DNA from: a virus
Direction: 5' to 3' (one strand)
IMG/VR virus record: IMGVR_UViG_3300029866_000016
Coordinates: 1-41,506 of that record
Length of the DNA: 41,506 nucleotides
Part shown: piece after piece, positions 8,169-17,256 of the stretch
Layout of the letters: every line of letters begins with the position of its first letter
Position numbering within the stretch: position 1 is the stretch's first letter
Notes under the pieces: model-generated
The model's input: the letters and a program-made list of their open reading frames with translations, nothing else
What the model was told of the DNA's origin: nothing
Databases searched by the model: none
Translations under genes and position numbers: made by a program

Positions 8169-9061
8169 TATACAACATCCAGTATTTTAAATGCTCGGGT
8201 GCTCATAACCCAGTCGTGATTATATGTAGCGCCTGAAAATTCAATGCTGAAAACTTTATACACACCGTCGAGCATTGGGTTACTAATACTTGTTACTCGC
8301 ATTTGGTCACCTGGTCGCACCTCGGGATTTAATATTGAGTCAATAGTCACCCCGTTATTATGTTGCATTGCGCCGGCTAATGTAGGTGTAATATTGATTA
8401 GGTTTCGATTTTCCGCATTAATTTCAAAAACTCGGTCAAAAGCGCGGTTGTCCGATATCGCCTGAAATCGTCCGTCTTGAATCGACCAGGTGAAGCCATA
8501 TTGGTTTGCTAAATTGTCCAACTCATTACTTGATCTATCTGATACAGTCAACCCACCACTTGACAATATTCCGTCGATATCAATTCGTCCTAATTCTACA
8601 CCCGGCATATCGCCAACAATAGAACGCACGAGTGTGGAAACACTTTGCCCACCTAAAAATGTTCGGTTAGTAACTCCTTTTGTAATGCCGCCGAATCCAC
8701 CTAATACATTTAGTTTGGTGACATACTCAGCACCATCTTTGGTGGTTCTCGCATTTAGCACACCGCCCTGCATTAGCAAACTTAACCCAGTGTTAGCCCA
8801 CCCTACACGTATTCGTACGCGTGATAAGGTGGCTCGAATACGTTCGCGACTTTCGGCACGCATGTTATAGATAATAATTTCCGCTGCATTAGCTGAGGAC
8901 TGTAAATATCTTTTAACATTAAACTCAATTGCTAAATCATCGCGACCCCCGTCACTAAAAATACGCAAAGCCTCTGAACTATTCCCACCGCCGACGTCAT
9001 CCGCCAGTGGTCCAATGAGTAGCTCAATATTGCGTATAAATGGATTATTAGGTGGCTGCAT
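8168..9061 (-). CDS. Baseplate hub-like protein
   Basis: Lies directly upstream of the spike gene. The likely start MQPPNNPF at 9061 overlaps the upstream stop. The ORF-track N-terminal extension to 9139 is probably not translated. Confidence 0.45.
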   Translation of the reverse strand: MQPPNNPFIRNIELLIGPLADDVGGGNSSEALRIFSDGGRDDLAIEFNVKRYLQSSANAAEIIIYNMRAESRERIRATLSRVRIRVGWANTGLSLLMQGGVLNARTTKDGAEYVTKLNVLGGFGGITKGVTNRTFLGGQSVSTLVRSIVGDMPGVELGRIDIDGILSSGGLTVSDRSSNELDNLANQYGFTWSIQDGRFQAISDNRAFDRVFEINAENRNLINITPTLAGAMQHNNGVTIDSILNPEVRPGDQMRVTSISNPMLDGVYKVFSIEFSGATYNHDWVMSTRAFKILDVV

Positions 9062-9557
9062 TAAGGTTAATGGTGTAAACCAATCCCTGATCCGTGCGTG
9101 ATGGTGGAAATATAAACTGTAAATCCTCACCACTAACACTAGTTAGTGGGTCATCGTCAATCACGTCGGATAATGACCCACTAACTGCATTAAGTATACT
9201 GGTTGGGATTGCACTTATTGTCACACTTACAGCCACCAAATTTGATGACTGTATGAGGTCTAGCACTCGGCACGACGCACTGAAAATACCCGGCGGATAG
9301 GTGTGACTAATGACTGGGGTGGCTGACTGTATTTCGCCCGATCCGTCACCAGGTAACACTGCGTATGTAAGGGTATCATTTTCAGGGTCTGTTGACGCTG
9401 ATAGATCAAATGTGACGGCTATGTCATTACGCGAAGCCTCGACATTTGAAGCGACTACACACGTCGGGGCTAAATTAATTACGTCACCGACTTGGAAAAA
9501 CAACCCATCAGCAAATAGCTCGTCAGCAAATAGCCCGTCAGCAAATAAGTTTATCAT
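9048..9557 (-). CDS. PKD-like domain protein with N-terminal LFADG repeats
   Basis: FDLSASTDPENDTLTYAVLPGDGSG...HTYPPGIFSASCRVLD matches the PKD pattern (FD.S.S.D....L.Y....GDG.....H.Y..G). Start overlaps the upstream stop (TAATG). There are three 15-nt repeats at 9505-9549. Confidence 0.6.
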   Translation of the reverse strand: MINLFADGLFADELFADGLFFQVGDVINLAPTCVVASNVEASRNDIAVTFDLSASTDPENDTLTYAVLPGDGSGEIQSATPVISHTYPPGIFSASCRVLDLIQSSNLVAVSVTISAIPTSILNAVSGSLSDVIDDDPLTSVSGEDLQFIFPPSRTDQGLVYTINLNAAT

Positions 9558-11485
9558 TACGGAGCAGTACGGATCGGGTTAGTAATGCCATCACCACTAA
9601 CTACATTATCATTAAACGCTTTAGGGTTACTGTCAATAATCCCTGGCAGCGTGAATGTTAATTGATCCGTCTGATCCCGGATAGCTGCAATTGCTGCTGG
9701 ATCAAAACTGGTATTATCGATTGCATATCGAGATGTATCGACAACTGTGACAGCCCCGCCGGAATTATCTTCCAGATCAAAAAATCCAGCAATCGTAATG
9801 GTACCGCCGACACAATTTGCATTAATTGTAATTAGTCTACCAGCCCCGTCGATGCTGACATTATCGCCCACTTTGAGATTGAGAATTTCCACTGATCCAG
9901 CATATCGGCGCATATTTAAACTTTTAATACCTACTCCGGTGAAATCTATAAAAGGATGTGTCAGCCCCGCATCAGTCGAGCGTGTATCAATATAGTCATA
10001 AGTCCCCGCATCAGTCAGGGTGATTGTCCCGCCGATACCACAATCTACTAACGAGTGTAGGCCAAGCGAGTGGTCGGTAAGTCTGCACCCCTCGTAGCAT
10101 GTCAATATAGAGTTATCACCCAGGTCATTGCCTGTAATTTGTGCACCATGTATGAGTGAGCCCGCTACATTTCGCCCGCCCAAATCCACAGCATAATCGT
10201 GACCAAAAAATTCAAACCCAGCATAGGCTTGATCAAGCGTAAAAACCGACCCCGGTAGTGCATGCAGCAGTGTACTATTCAAGCCGTCCATGATTGTGCG
10301 TGCTGATGCCAGCACACTAACTGGGTTATCAAAAGTGCCATCATTATATAACACTGTCCCTGTATTATTTCGGTTAGTGTCGATCCAAACTTGACCGCCT
10401 ACATATCCAATAATCTGCTGTGACGCCACGCCCTCAGCGAGTAATTCATCAACGGTTAAGGTCGCGCCGGTCAAACCAGACCCGTCAATGCGCAAGAACA
10501 CTAACCCAATATCAGCACCGGTTCCGGTGTGTCGAGATAACAGGTTTAGCACACGCACGACATTAGCAGCACCGGTCTGGCCCACTAACTCACCGTATGC
10601 GTCCCAGGTTGTACCGTTCCAAACCGAGAAATTCAAGATATCATTATTGCCGGTTAAATGCCCTGTAAAAGTTATCGACCTTGCAGTTCGTGAGCCACCA
10701 ATTGAAATTTGGTAAACCACATCAATAGCACCACCAACATCATTAACAATGTGGTCATTTCCTCCAATAAAATGGGTATCCACAAATGTGTTGGTCTGAG
10801 TGCCGATAAAACTAACACCATTTAGTGCCCCGCCGGTATTGTCCGCGTTGACTTCAAAATTGAGTCCACCACCAGAACCCCCTACTGATGAAACATTATC
10901 GGCGCTGGCTAATGCAACTCTCACACTATTCCCTGCGGTAACGACAAAAGGGGCTGGGTCACTATCTAGTGTTATTTGCCCTGAGCTAGCAACATACGAT
11001 GCTAAACTCACCGTCGCAATGTCCTCAGCAACTGACGCATCACCTATAATCACATCGCTACCGGTGGGGTAGGACGCGTCAAACGAACTGCCATTAGTGA
11101 GTGTAAAAACAGTAGGACTTATTACCGTCAAGACTGTGGTGTCAATCAGTACTGCACCCTCGGTAGTATTTGCAGCGATCAATTCAAACTCACCTGCGAT
11201 CCCAATGGGGTTGAGTGCGGAAATAGTTACCGAGCAATATGCAGTATAGTCACCAACCGTATAGCCTGCCGACGTAGGTATAGTCACTTCATACGCGCCG
11301 TTTGGATACGCCGCATTAGTTAGTAAAAACGGGGTTAAGATTGCTATAGGTGCATTAGATGCTGTATCGCCTTTTCGCCGAACATGAACCAACGGTGACG
11401 CACCATCTCCTTGACTACCTACGTCTGTGTTTGATGCAAACGCTAAGCGAACCGTGGCACCCAATTCTCTGATTTTATCTGTCAT
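9557..11485 (-). CDS. Large tail fiber / tailspike-like protein (642 aa)
   Basis: Long Gly/Thr/Asn-rich protein in the tail module. The C-terminal half has beta-helix-like periodic segments (GAQITGNDLGDNSILTCYEGCRLTD...). Confidence 0.55.
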   Translation of the reverse strand: MTDKIRELGATVRLAFASNTDVGSQGDGASPLVHVRRKGDTASNAPIAILTPFLLTNAAYPNGAYEVTIPTSAGYTVGDYTAYCSVTISALNPIGIAGEFELIAANTTEGAVLIDTTVLTVISPTVFTLTNGSSFDASYPTGSDVIIGDASVAEDIATVSLASYVASSGQITLDSDPAPFVVTAGNSVRVALASADNVSSVGGSGGGLNFEVNADNTGGALNGVSFIGTQTNTFVDTHFIGGNDHIVNDVGGAIDVVYQISIGGSRTARSITFTGHLTGNNDILNFSVWNGTTWDAYGELVGQTGAANVVRVLNLLSRHTGTGADIGLVFLRIDGSGLTGATLTVDELLAEGVASQQIIGYVGGQVWIDTNRNNTGTVLYNDGTFDNPVSVLASARTIMDGLNSTLLHALPGSVFTLDQAYAGFEFFGHDYAVDLGGRNVAGSLIHGAQITGNDLGDNSILTCYEGCRLTDHSLGLHSLVDCGIGGTITLTDAGTYDYIDTRSTDAGLTHPFIDFTGVGIKSLNMRRYAGSVEILNLKVGDNVSIDGAGRLITINANCVGGTITIAGFFDLEDNSGGAVTVVDTSRYAIDNTSFDPAAIAAIRDQTDQLTFTLPGIIDSNPKAFNDNVVSGDGITNPIRTAP

Positions 11486-12630
11486 AATGTCTGACCTTTA
11501 AATAAATTATGCCCTAGTATATTATCTTTAAATAGAGGTGTCGAACGCGTGGTCACGGGAGGCATCGTGTCGAAAAACTCGAACCCGCCAATCGTACCTA
11601 TCGCTTGGCGGGTTGTGCCCACAATATCCACAGTTAAATCAACGCGTGGGTCAATTTGAGCCGGGACTAATACGCCATTTTGTGTAACAGTAAATGCGTT
11701 TTCCCCAGCGATTGAAAAATCCTGATTAACGAAATCCACAACAAATACATTGGACCCCGAACTAGGTGAGATGATCACCCCCGCCACATTGGGAATCCCA
11801 CCAATGCCAAATTTACTCAATGCCGAGGCATCACCGCTGATGTTACCAGCGCCCGTAAAATTGACTATCCCCGGTGATGATACAGGGCTTGATATACGCC
11901 AATCCAATTCGGATGGGTCAACCGCCCCTGTCGCAAGTTGCGTTGATCGAGTGTCTTGATTAATAACTATATTATTGTAAGCGTCGATTATTGCAGTAGA
12001 CATCCCGGTCAACGACACTGCAATACTACCGTTTAATGTCTCTGTTGGGAATCGACCGCAATCAATAATTGTATTGTGATAAAGATTGTAACGATAAACA
12101 TTGCCGACCCCGGAGAATCTTTGAATGTGTATTGCGGCGCGGGCAAAACCTGTTATTACGCAGTTAGCAATGGTGGCAGATTGCGATGTTGCTCCACCAA
12201 AATAAAACCCATCTTGACCACTTTGATTATTTGCGGCACGGATAAAACATGCTTGTGCAAGAAAGTTACCGGAGTTGAGCCTGAACGCCTCGTCTGACCC
12301 ACCAGCTAATGTATCAAGTGTTATAGCTATACCTTGGTACCAAACAAATCCACCATTAATCGTATCCGCGTGACCCCCTGCGTTACCGAGAATATGTGCA
12401 CCCGACCCTCCACCAAAATCTGTTGCGTGATTGCCCGGTGTGTGGGTTATCTTTATGTGGTTAGCAAAAGATTCTCCTGCCCTCGCCGGCACAACGATGT
12501 CGCCAACATAAGTCCCGGGCTCTAACTGTATTTCGTAGACCTCGGTCAGCGTTGCAGGAGCAGCGTCAATAGCGGCTTGCAAGTCGGTAAAGTCCGCACC
12601 CCCTGCCTGATTAACAACAACGATTGTCAT
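11482..12630 (-). CDS. Right-handed beta-helix protein (pectate-lyase-fold, depolymerase-like)
   Basis: Repeated segments NCVITGFARAAIHIQ, YHNTIIDC and AYNNIVINQ. The start MTIVVV at 12630 overlaps the upstream stop (TAATG). Confidence 0.6.
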   Translation of the reverse strand: MTIVVVNQAGGADFTDLQAAIDAAPATLTEVYEIQLEPGTYVGDIVVPARAGESFANHIKITHTPGNHATDFGGGSGAHILGNAGGHADTINGGFVWYQGIAITLDTLAGGSDEAFRLNSGNFLAQACFIRAANNQSGQDGFYFGGATSQSATIANCVITGFARAAIHIQRFSGVGNVYRYNLYHNTIIDCGRFPTETLNGSIAVSLTGMSTAIIDAYNNIVINQDTRSTQLATGAVDPSELDWRISSPVSSPGIVNFTGAGNISGDASALSKFGIGGIPNVAGVIISPSSGSNVFVVDFVNQDFSIAGENAFTVTQNGVLVPAQIDPRVDLTVDIVGTTRQAIGTIGGFEFFDTMPPVTTRSTPLFKDNILGHNLFKGQTL

Positions 12631-13382
12631 TATGAGATGCCCATAACTTCTATGGTTACCCACCTAACTGGAGTTAGTTCAAACCAGTCTAAATTGATTG
12701 CTCCGTTGTCTATGTCCAGTCGCAGTGTGTAGCGCCCGGCAGGCAAGAAAATCAGCCCCGCATCTTCGATTGCCCACACATCCCATGCACCGGTTGATGG
12801 TATGATTCCGGATGACACATAAACCTGAACACCGTCAACACTAAAACTCAAGTTAACAGGCGCGTTGGGTTGCTCAACCCGCGCATAGCGCGCAGTTACT
12901 TGATACAGTGCGGTGTCATTGACAACAACCTCATATTCTAGCCACTCACCTGCTTGCGTCCAGCCGACGTTAAAGCCACCTGTGTCGCCAGTTAGATTTT
13001 GGATATCTACGCCAAAATCATCGCGATACAGCCCTCCTCGGTTACTTTCCGGTGTTGAATCATTAGCTGTGGTATAGTCTTCAAATTCAATTCTGCCTGG
13101 CACTAACTGTAAGTAGAGTGGCGCCATTTCGGACTCCACACATATGACATGGCCGCTAATACCATCGGCATTTGTGTATTCGTGATAGCGAAACCTACCA
13201 TTGAGTCCAGTCGCATGACTGAAATCCCCACACTCATCGCCGACTATGGCGCGTGCTATTGCCCTGCCACTAATAACCGAGATTAGTGGCCTTGTTTCAA
13301 AAGATCGGTTCGGTGCAACCACTGTATTAGATAATGCGAGGGTAGAGAATAAAAGTAGAAACACTGTGCATATAATTTTCAT
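12630..13382 (-). CDS. Secreted CBM6-like carbohydrate-binding protein
   Basis: Sec-type signal MKIICTVFLLLFSTLALS|NT. The C-terminal ~130 aa RIEFEDY...GWTQAGEWLEYEVVV...YQVTARYA...PSTGAWDVW...LPAGRYTLRL...INLDWFEL match the CBM6/35 pattern. Confidence 0.65.
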   Translation of the reverse strand: MKIICTVFLLLFSTLALSNTVVAPNRSFETRPLISVISGRAIARAIVGDECGDFSHATGLNGRFRYHEYTNADGISGHVICVESEMAPLYLQLVPGRIEFEDYTTANDSTPESNRGGLYRDDFGVDIQNLTGDTGGFNVGWTQAGEWLEYEVVVNDTALYQVTARYARVEQPNAPVNLSFSVDGVQVYVSSGIIPSTGAWDVWAIEDAGLIFLPAGRYTLRLDIDNGAINLDWFELTPVRWVTIEVMGIS

Positions 13383-13990
13383 GGTGTCATCCTGTGTGTT
13401 ACTGCGTGGTACTTAATCTTAACGCGCTCCATTGCACCATCTCTCACCATGCGACTGATTACCTGCCCTACACTTTCTCGACAACTACCTATCGCTTTTG
13501 CCAGTGCAGTTATGTTTATTTTAAACCCAGTGTCTGCCGATATGGCATCTAGTTTGCCGCAGACCCATTTGACATTTTCATAGCAGCTGTATACGGTTAG
13601 TCTCGATGCAAACGTCATCTGATCTGAGATAAATGTAGCATACTGAGCGTCATCAGCCTTGCATCGCAACAGCTTTGATTTGAGAATCGCATGGATATAA
13701 AATCCCTCGGGAACGAATATAACATCCCCTGCTACAACCACGCACGCACTGCCATTAGTATCATGCGAAATCGCCGAAACCGCGCCTTTTTGGACAAAGT
13801 AAGTCCCAGTTAATAAACTGTGCCTGTTTTTTTGGATTGTTATCTCATTCACAGCACCCTCAATAATCTGAGTGTCAGGTAGCACCCTAGCTCTGATTTT
13901 ACTCAAAGCACCAATCTTTCGGGTGCATGTTTGGAGCTGTGCTATCGCATCGTCGCACATTCGCTCAATTTCGCTATAGTCTAGTTTCAT
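13379..13990 (-). CDS. Crp/Fnr-family-like transcription regulator
   Basis: Beta-barrel-like core (YFVQKGAVSAISHDTNGSACVVVAGDVIFVPEGFY) plus a C-terminal HTH ITALAKAIGSCRESVGQVISRMVRDGAMERV (Crp-type G.sREsV.r.l..l...G). ATGA overlaps at both ends. Confidence 0.6.
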   Translation of the reverse strand: MKLDYSEIERMCDDAIAQLQTCTRKIGALSKIRARVLPDTQIIEGAVNEITIQKNRHSLLTGTYFVQKGAVSAISHDTNGSACVVVAGDVIFVPEGFYIHAILKSKLLRCKADDAQYATFISDQMTFASRLTVYSCYENVKWVCGKLDAISADTGFKINITALAKAIGSCRESVGQVISRMVRDGAMERVKIKYHAVTHRMTP

Positions 13991-14568
13991 AATAAAAATG
14001 GATCGGCGATTATTTCGCTAATCGAGCTGTCACCCACTACCTCAACTCCAATAATATCAGTCGCTAGTATACCAAAAAGAGGGCGGGATAGAACTATAGA
14101 TTGATCTGCAGTCGACTGTGTAAATGTCTGAGTGTTTAGTATGACACCACCTTGGGTTATGTTTATTATGTTGACTGTAAATGTCGGGGTCGGTGGTGCG
14201 ATAGCACCAATGTCATCGATTGTCACATTTAACTCAGGTATGGTATCGCTTGCCACAACCTCGGAATCTAAAAACTGCACAACGTCAGCAACGTTGCCCA
14301 ATGTATCAACGCCTCGATTTTCCGCCGTCATTCTGATCTGCTGAAATAATTGAGTAAGGTGTGGATACGCGCTAACTATATTTATGCGATCTAACAGGCT
14401 TAAGCCGACAACAAGTACTTGACCATTGCTGTCAAGAATATCAACCAACCATTTATTTAATGCACTGTTGAATGACGTACGGAATTGGTACTCGCCGATA
14501 CCCTCGATAAAATCAACAGTAACTAATCGTGCGCCGTCGTCGGTTAGTGGTATGACTTGCAGAGTCAT
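13987..14568 (-). CDS. Hypothetical tail/baseplate-module protein (193 aa)
   Basis: ORF in the tail operon between the post-TMP gene and the Crp-like gene. I recognise no motif. Confidence 0.4.
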   Translation of the reverse strand: MTLQVIPLTDDGARLVTVDFIEGIGEYQFRTSFNSALNKWLVDILDSNGQVLVVGLSLLDRINIVSAYPHLTQLFQQIRMTAENRGVDTLGNVADVVQFLDSEVVASDTIPELNVTIDDIGAIAPPTPTFTVNIINITQGGVILNTQTFTQSTADQSIVLSRPLFGILATDIIGVEVVGDSSISEIIADPFLL

Positions 14569-15129
14569 TTAAATTAACGCCTCAAATATCCTGTTTAGTA
14601 TCGACTCATTGACTCGTGCTGGCGCGTCACCCTCGGTGATACTATTTTGTCGCCCACCTTGCAATTCACTTGACGCTGTACGATCAACTGATGGGTCTAG
14701 GTCTTCACGCGGGATCAATATCACACTCGTTTGGGTTAGGTTTACCTCGGTAAATGTAAGCAGTAGATTTAGCCGGCCGTTAAATGGCGCGGCATTATCA
14801 CCGGTGAGTGCGGTTAGTGCATAATTTTCATAAACTTCATGCGCTGTGACAACCGTATACAATTCGCGCATGTTTAATTGTGATCTAAATTCTTCCCAGC
14901 TTTCAGCCGGTTGTGCACCTAACGAGTTTGAGATTTCAGCCTCAATGGTCACAGTATTTGGGTGTCTAATAATGTGATCTGAGATGACCGCACCGCTTTC
15001 AATTGGCAATTGTGTCAGTTCAGCATCGCCGGTGTGTGTCTCACGCAACCGCAAATCTATGCGAGTGCTAATCAACGTACGACTGCCGCGAAACAGCCCT
15101 ATAACTACACCAATTAATCCTATTGGCAT
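14569..15129 (-). CDS. Tail/baseplate protein immediately after TMP (Dit- or DNA-circulation-like)
   Basis: Position, plus the segment ELTQLPIESGAVISDHIIRHPNTVTIEAEIS, which is typical of post-TMP baseplate proteins. Confidence 0.4.
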   Translation of the reverse strand: MPIGLIGVVIGLFRGSRTLISTRIDLRLRETHTGDAELTQLPIESGAVISDHIIRHPNTVTIEAEISNSLGAQPAESWEEFRSQLNMRELYTVVTAHEVYENYALTALTGDNAAPFNGRLNLLLTFTEVNLTQTSVILIPREDLDPSVDRTASSELQGGRQNSITEGDAPARVNESILNRIFEALI

Positions 15130-16686
15130 TTAGTTAACCACCGCCGCGTTGAGTCCGGGGCTGTTAATCTGCTGTGATTGCACTAGTGATAGTTCACGCT
15201 TAATAATTTCGGCAGTTCTACCAGGGTTAGCGGCGCCGCTAACATTAATAACTATATTAGTATTGTTAGCACCCCCCTGCATATTGCTAATATTACGAGT
15301 AGCTTGTGAGCCGATAATCTCAGTTAGTGGCTTTACAAACCCTAACCCGGCTGAGGTTGGTACACCTGTATCATCAGAGGCTCCAGCCGACAGTAAGAAG
15401 CTAGGTATGGGTAAGCTGTCAATTAGACTGCCCCATTTTGTAGACACAATTGCGACGGCCTTGTCAATCATTGCACCGAGCACATCAAGGCCTATAATTT
15501 TTGACCAGTCAAGCTTAGGTAAATTAACTAAAGATTTAAGTTTATTAATGATTTTATTGATAGTCAATTTTACGATTGCGAATAACAATAAAAAGTAGTT
15601 TTTTATACCCTCTACGAGTTTACCCGTGACACTTTCACCGCCCTGAAACGCTACGATCATATCTTCAATTATGAGGATGACCGCTACGATGGCGGCAACC
15701 ATTATTAAAAAAGGTGCAGATGCAATCAACACCTTGACCGCTATCAAGCCCAGAATTGCAGACAGGGCTACGAGGGATACGGTCACTACCTGGGCGATTT
15801 TATCCGCATCAAACAGTCCGTCAGTAAAACCACCCAGGTTAGGGATCACTGACAATAAATTATTGACAAGCGTACTGACTATTCGTGCAAAATTCTGGAA
15901 GCCAAAGACGACACCTTGAATAAATGTTGCTAAGCCGCTTATTATTATCTCTTTATTCGCCACAACTAATTCAGTTAGGCTTTCGACAAGTGGGGTGAGT
16001 ATGGGTAACAGTGAGACAGCTATGACCGTCGCCAGCCCAGTCATAGCTGTGCGCATTGATACGAGCTGTGCATTATATGCAGCAGCCTGAGCGGCATCAG
16101 CGGGTGATACGATGCCCCCCAATCGCCTAGCCTCAGCACGTAGCGCTTGGATATTACTACGACCTTGTTGCAATAATAGTATAGTGTCTTGACCAAATCC
16201 CAACTTACTTGCCAAATCTCGACCTGTCAGAGTGTCAAATTTAGTTAGACCGTCTGCGACGTCGAGAAATAATTCCTCGAAGCCTTTAAGATTACCCTGT
16301 GCATCACTGATTGACACGCCGAGGCGGGCTAATTCTTCACTGGGCTGTCCGAGGCGTATGCCACCAACGGTCGCTGCAAAGGATTCAAAGTCGGAACGCA
16401 GAGAACTAACTGAACCACCCGCTCGTTTGATGCCAAACTCAAATTCTTGGAGTGCCTCAAAGCCGAGATCAATGCTTTTCGCAAACTTGGCACCGTCGTC
16501 AACCTGACCAGCAATCTTATCTGCAAATGCAACAACTGCAACGGTGACAACCGTCAACGCGGCACCCGCCGCTAGAGCGATGGTTTTAACTTTATCAAGA
16601 CCGGCTGACAGTTTGCGTGAGGCGCCGTCATTACCGCTATCACTTTTAAGTGTTAGTAATGTGACCAGCTCGTCAACTATCGCCAT
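15130..16686 (-). CDS. Tail tape measure protein
   Basis: 518 aa, Ala/Leu-rich helical protein with hydrophobic blocks. It lies directly downstream of the frameshifting chaperone pair. Confidence 0.75.
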   Translation of the reverse strand: MAIVDELVTLLTLKSDSGNDGASRKLSAGLDKVKTIALAAGAALTVVTVAVVAFADKIAGQVDDGAKFAKSIDLGFEALQEFEFGIKRAGGSVSSLRSDFESFAATVGGIRLGQPSEELARLGVSISDAQGNLKGFEELFLDVADGLTKFDTLTGRDLASKLGFGQDTILLLQQGRSNIQALRAEARRLGGIVSPADAAQAAAYNAQLVSMRTAMTGLATVIAVSLLPILTPLVESLTELVVANKEIIISGLATFIQGVVFGFQNFARIVSTLVNNLLSVIPNLGGFTDGLFDADKIAQVVTVSLVALSAILGLIAVKVLIASAPFLIMVAAIVAVILIIEDMIVAFQGGESVTGKLVEGIKNYFLLLFAIVKLTINKIINKLKSLVNLPKLDWSKIIGLDVLGAMIDKAVAIVSTKWGSLIDSLPIPSFLLSAGASDDTGVPTSAGLGFVKPLTEIIGSQATRNISNMQGGANNTNIVINVSGAANPGRTAEIIKRELSLVQSQQINSPGLNAAVVN

Positions 16687-17256
16687 TTTTATTTTGCTCC
16701 GTCTCTAGCCAGTCGTTAAATTCTAATAATTCGAGCATGTGCATAAATTGCAACATATCAACCGTGTTATCACACAAGTCTACATAACTACAGTACCCCG
16801 CCTTAATAACTCGACTCACTAAATAGTCGTTTCTCCACTCTTCTGGGATTGTGATCCCGCGCCCGCCGATAGCAACGATTGGAAGTTCTCGACGTTTTCG
16901 AGCAAAAAATCTTTGCTATTCTCCCAGATCGCCCACATCCCCACCTGCATCATGTCGGCCGGGTGCTGTGTAAAATGGGAATTAAAGACAGAGGTGTCAC
17001 TCAATGACTTACCGTCTGCGATTTTAATAGTGGTTTTAAACACTAACCGCAATAAGTCAGTGACCGCATCTGAGTCAAGGTTACCGATTACAGCCATTAT
17101 TTTAGTGTTATCTAAACTAGTTAGATCGACACTGCCCAGACTGCCAACGACAGCCTTAACCACCTTTGGTGCAAAATCAAGGGCTAGCATAGGTGGCATG
17201 GGCAACAACGCATACTCACGTCCGTTAATTTCCTTTTTGCGATAGGGATTATCCAA
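16673..17256 (-). CDS. Tail assembly chaperone -1 frameshift fusion (gpGT-like)
   Basis: After T_TTT_TTG (16909-16903) the -1 frame stays open for 76 codons (...ITIPEEWRNDYLVSRVIKAGYCSYVDLCDNTVDMLQFMHMLELLEFNDWLETEQNKNGDS). It ends at a TGA at 16675-16673, overlapping the TMP start. Confidence 0.65.
16819..17256 (-). CDS. Tail assembly chaperone (gpG-like)
   Basis: 145 aa between the tube and TMP genes. It contains a slippery heptamer near its 3' end. Confidence 0.7.
   Translation of the reverse strand: MDNPYRKKEINGREYALLPMPPMLALDFAPKVVKAVVGSLGSVDLTSLDNTKIMAVIGNLDSDAVTDLLRLVFKTTIKIADGKSLSDTSVFNSHFTQHPADMMQVGMWAIWENSKDFLLENVENFQSLLSAGAGSQSQKSGETTI
16903..16909 (-). promoter_or_regulatory. 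Programmed -1 ribosomal frameshift slippery site
   Basis: X_XXY_YYZ heptamer T_TTT_TTG, in phase with the gpG-like frame (gaT TTT TTG). Confidence 0.65.

Noticed and set aside
9061-9139. N-terminal extension of the hub-like ORF (start at 9139)
   Set aside because: The extension (MLVVRIYSLYFHHHARIRDW...) fully overlaps the 3' end of the PKD gene in another frame. The internal Met at 9061 gives the usual short overlap seen throughout the operon.
9505-9549. Three 15-nt repeats at the 5' end of the PKD gene, as a possible phase-variation switch
   Set aside because: The units are multiples of three and imperfect, encoding LFADG/LFADE repeats. Copy-number change would not shift the frame, so this is at most a minor length polymorphism.
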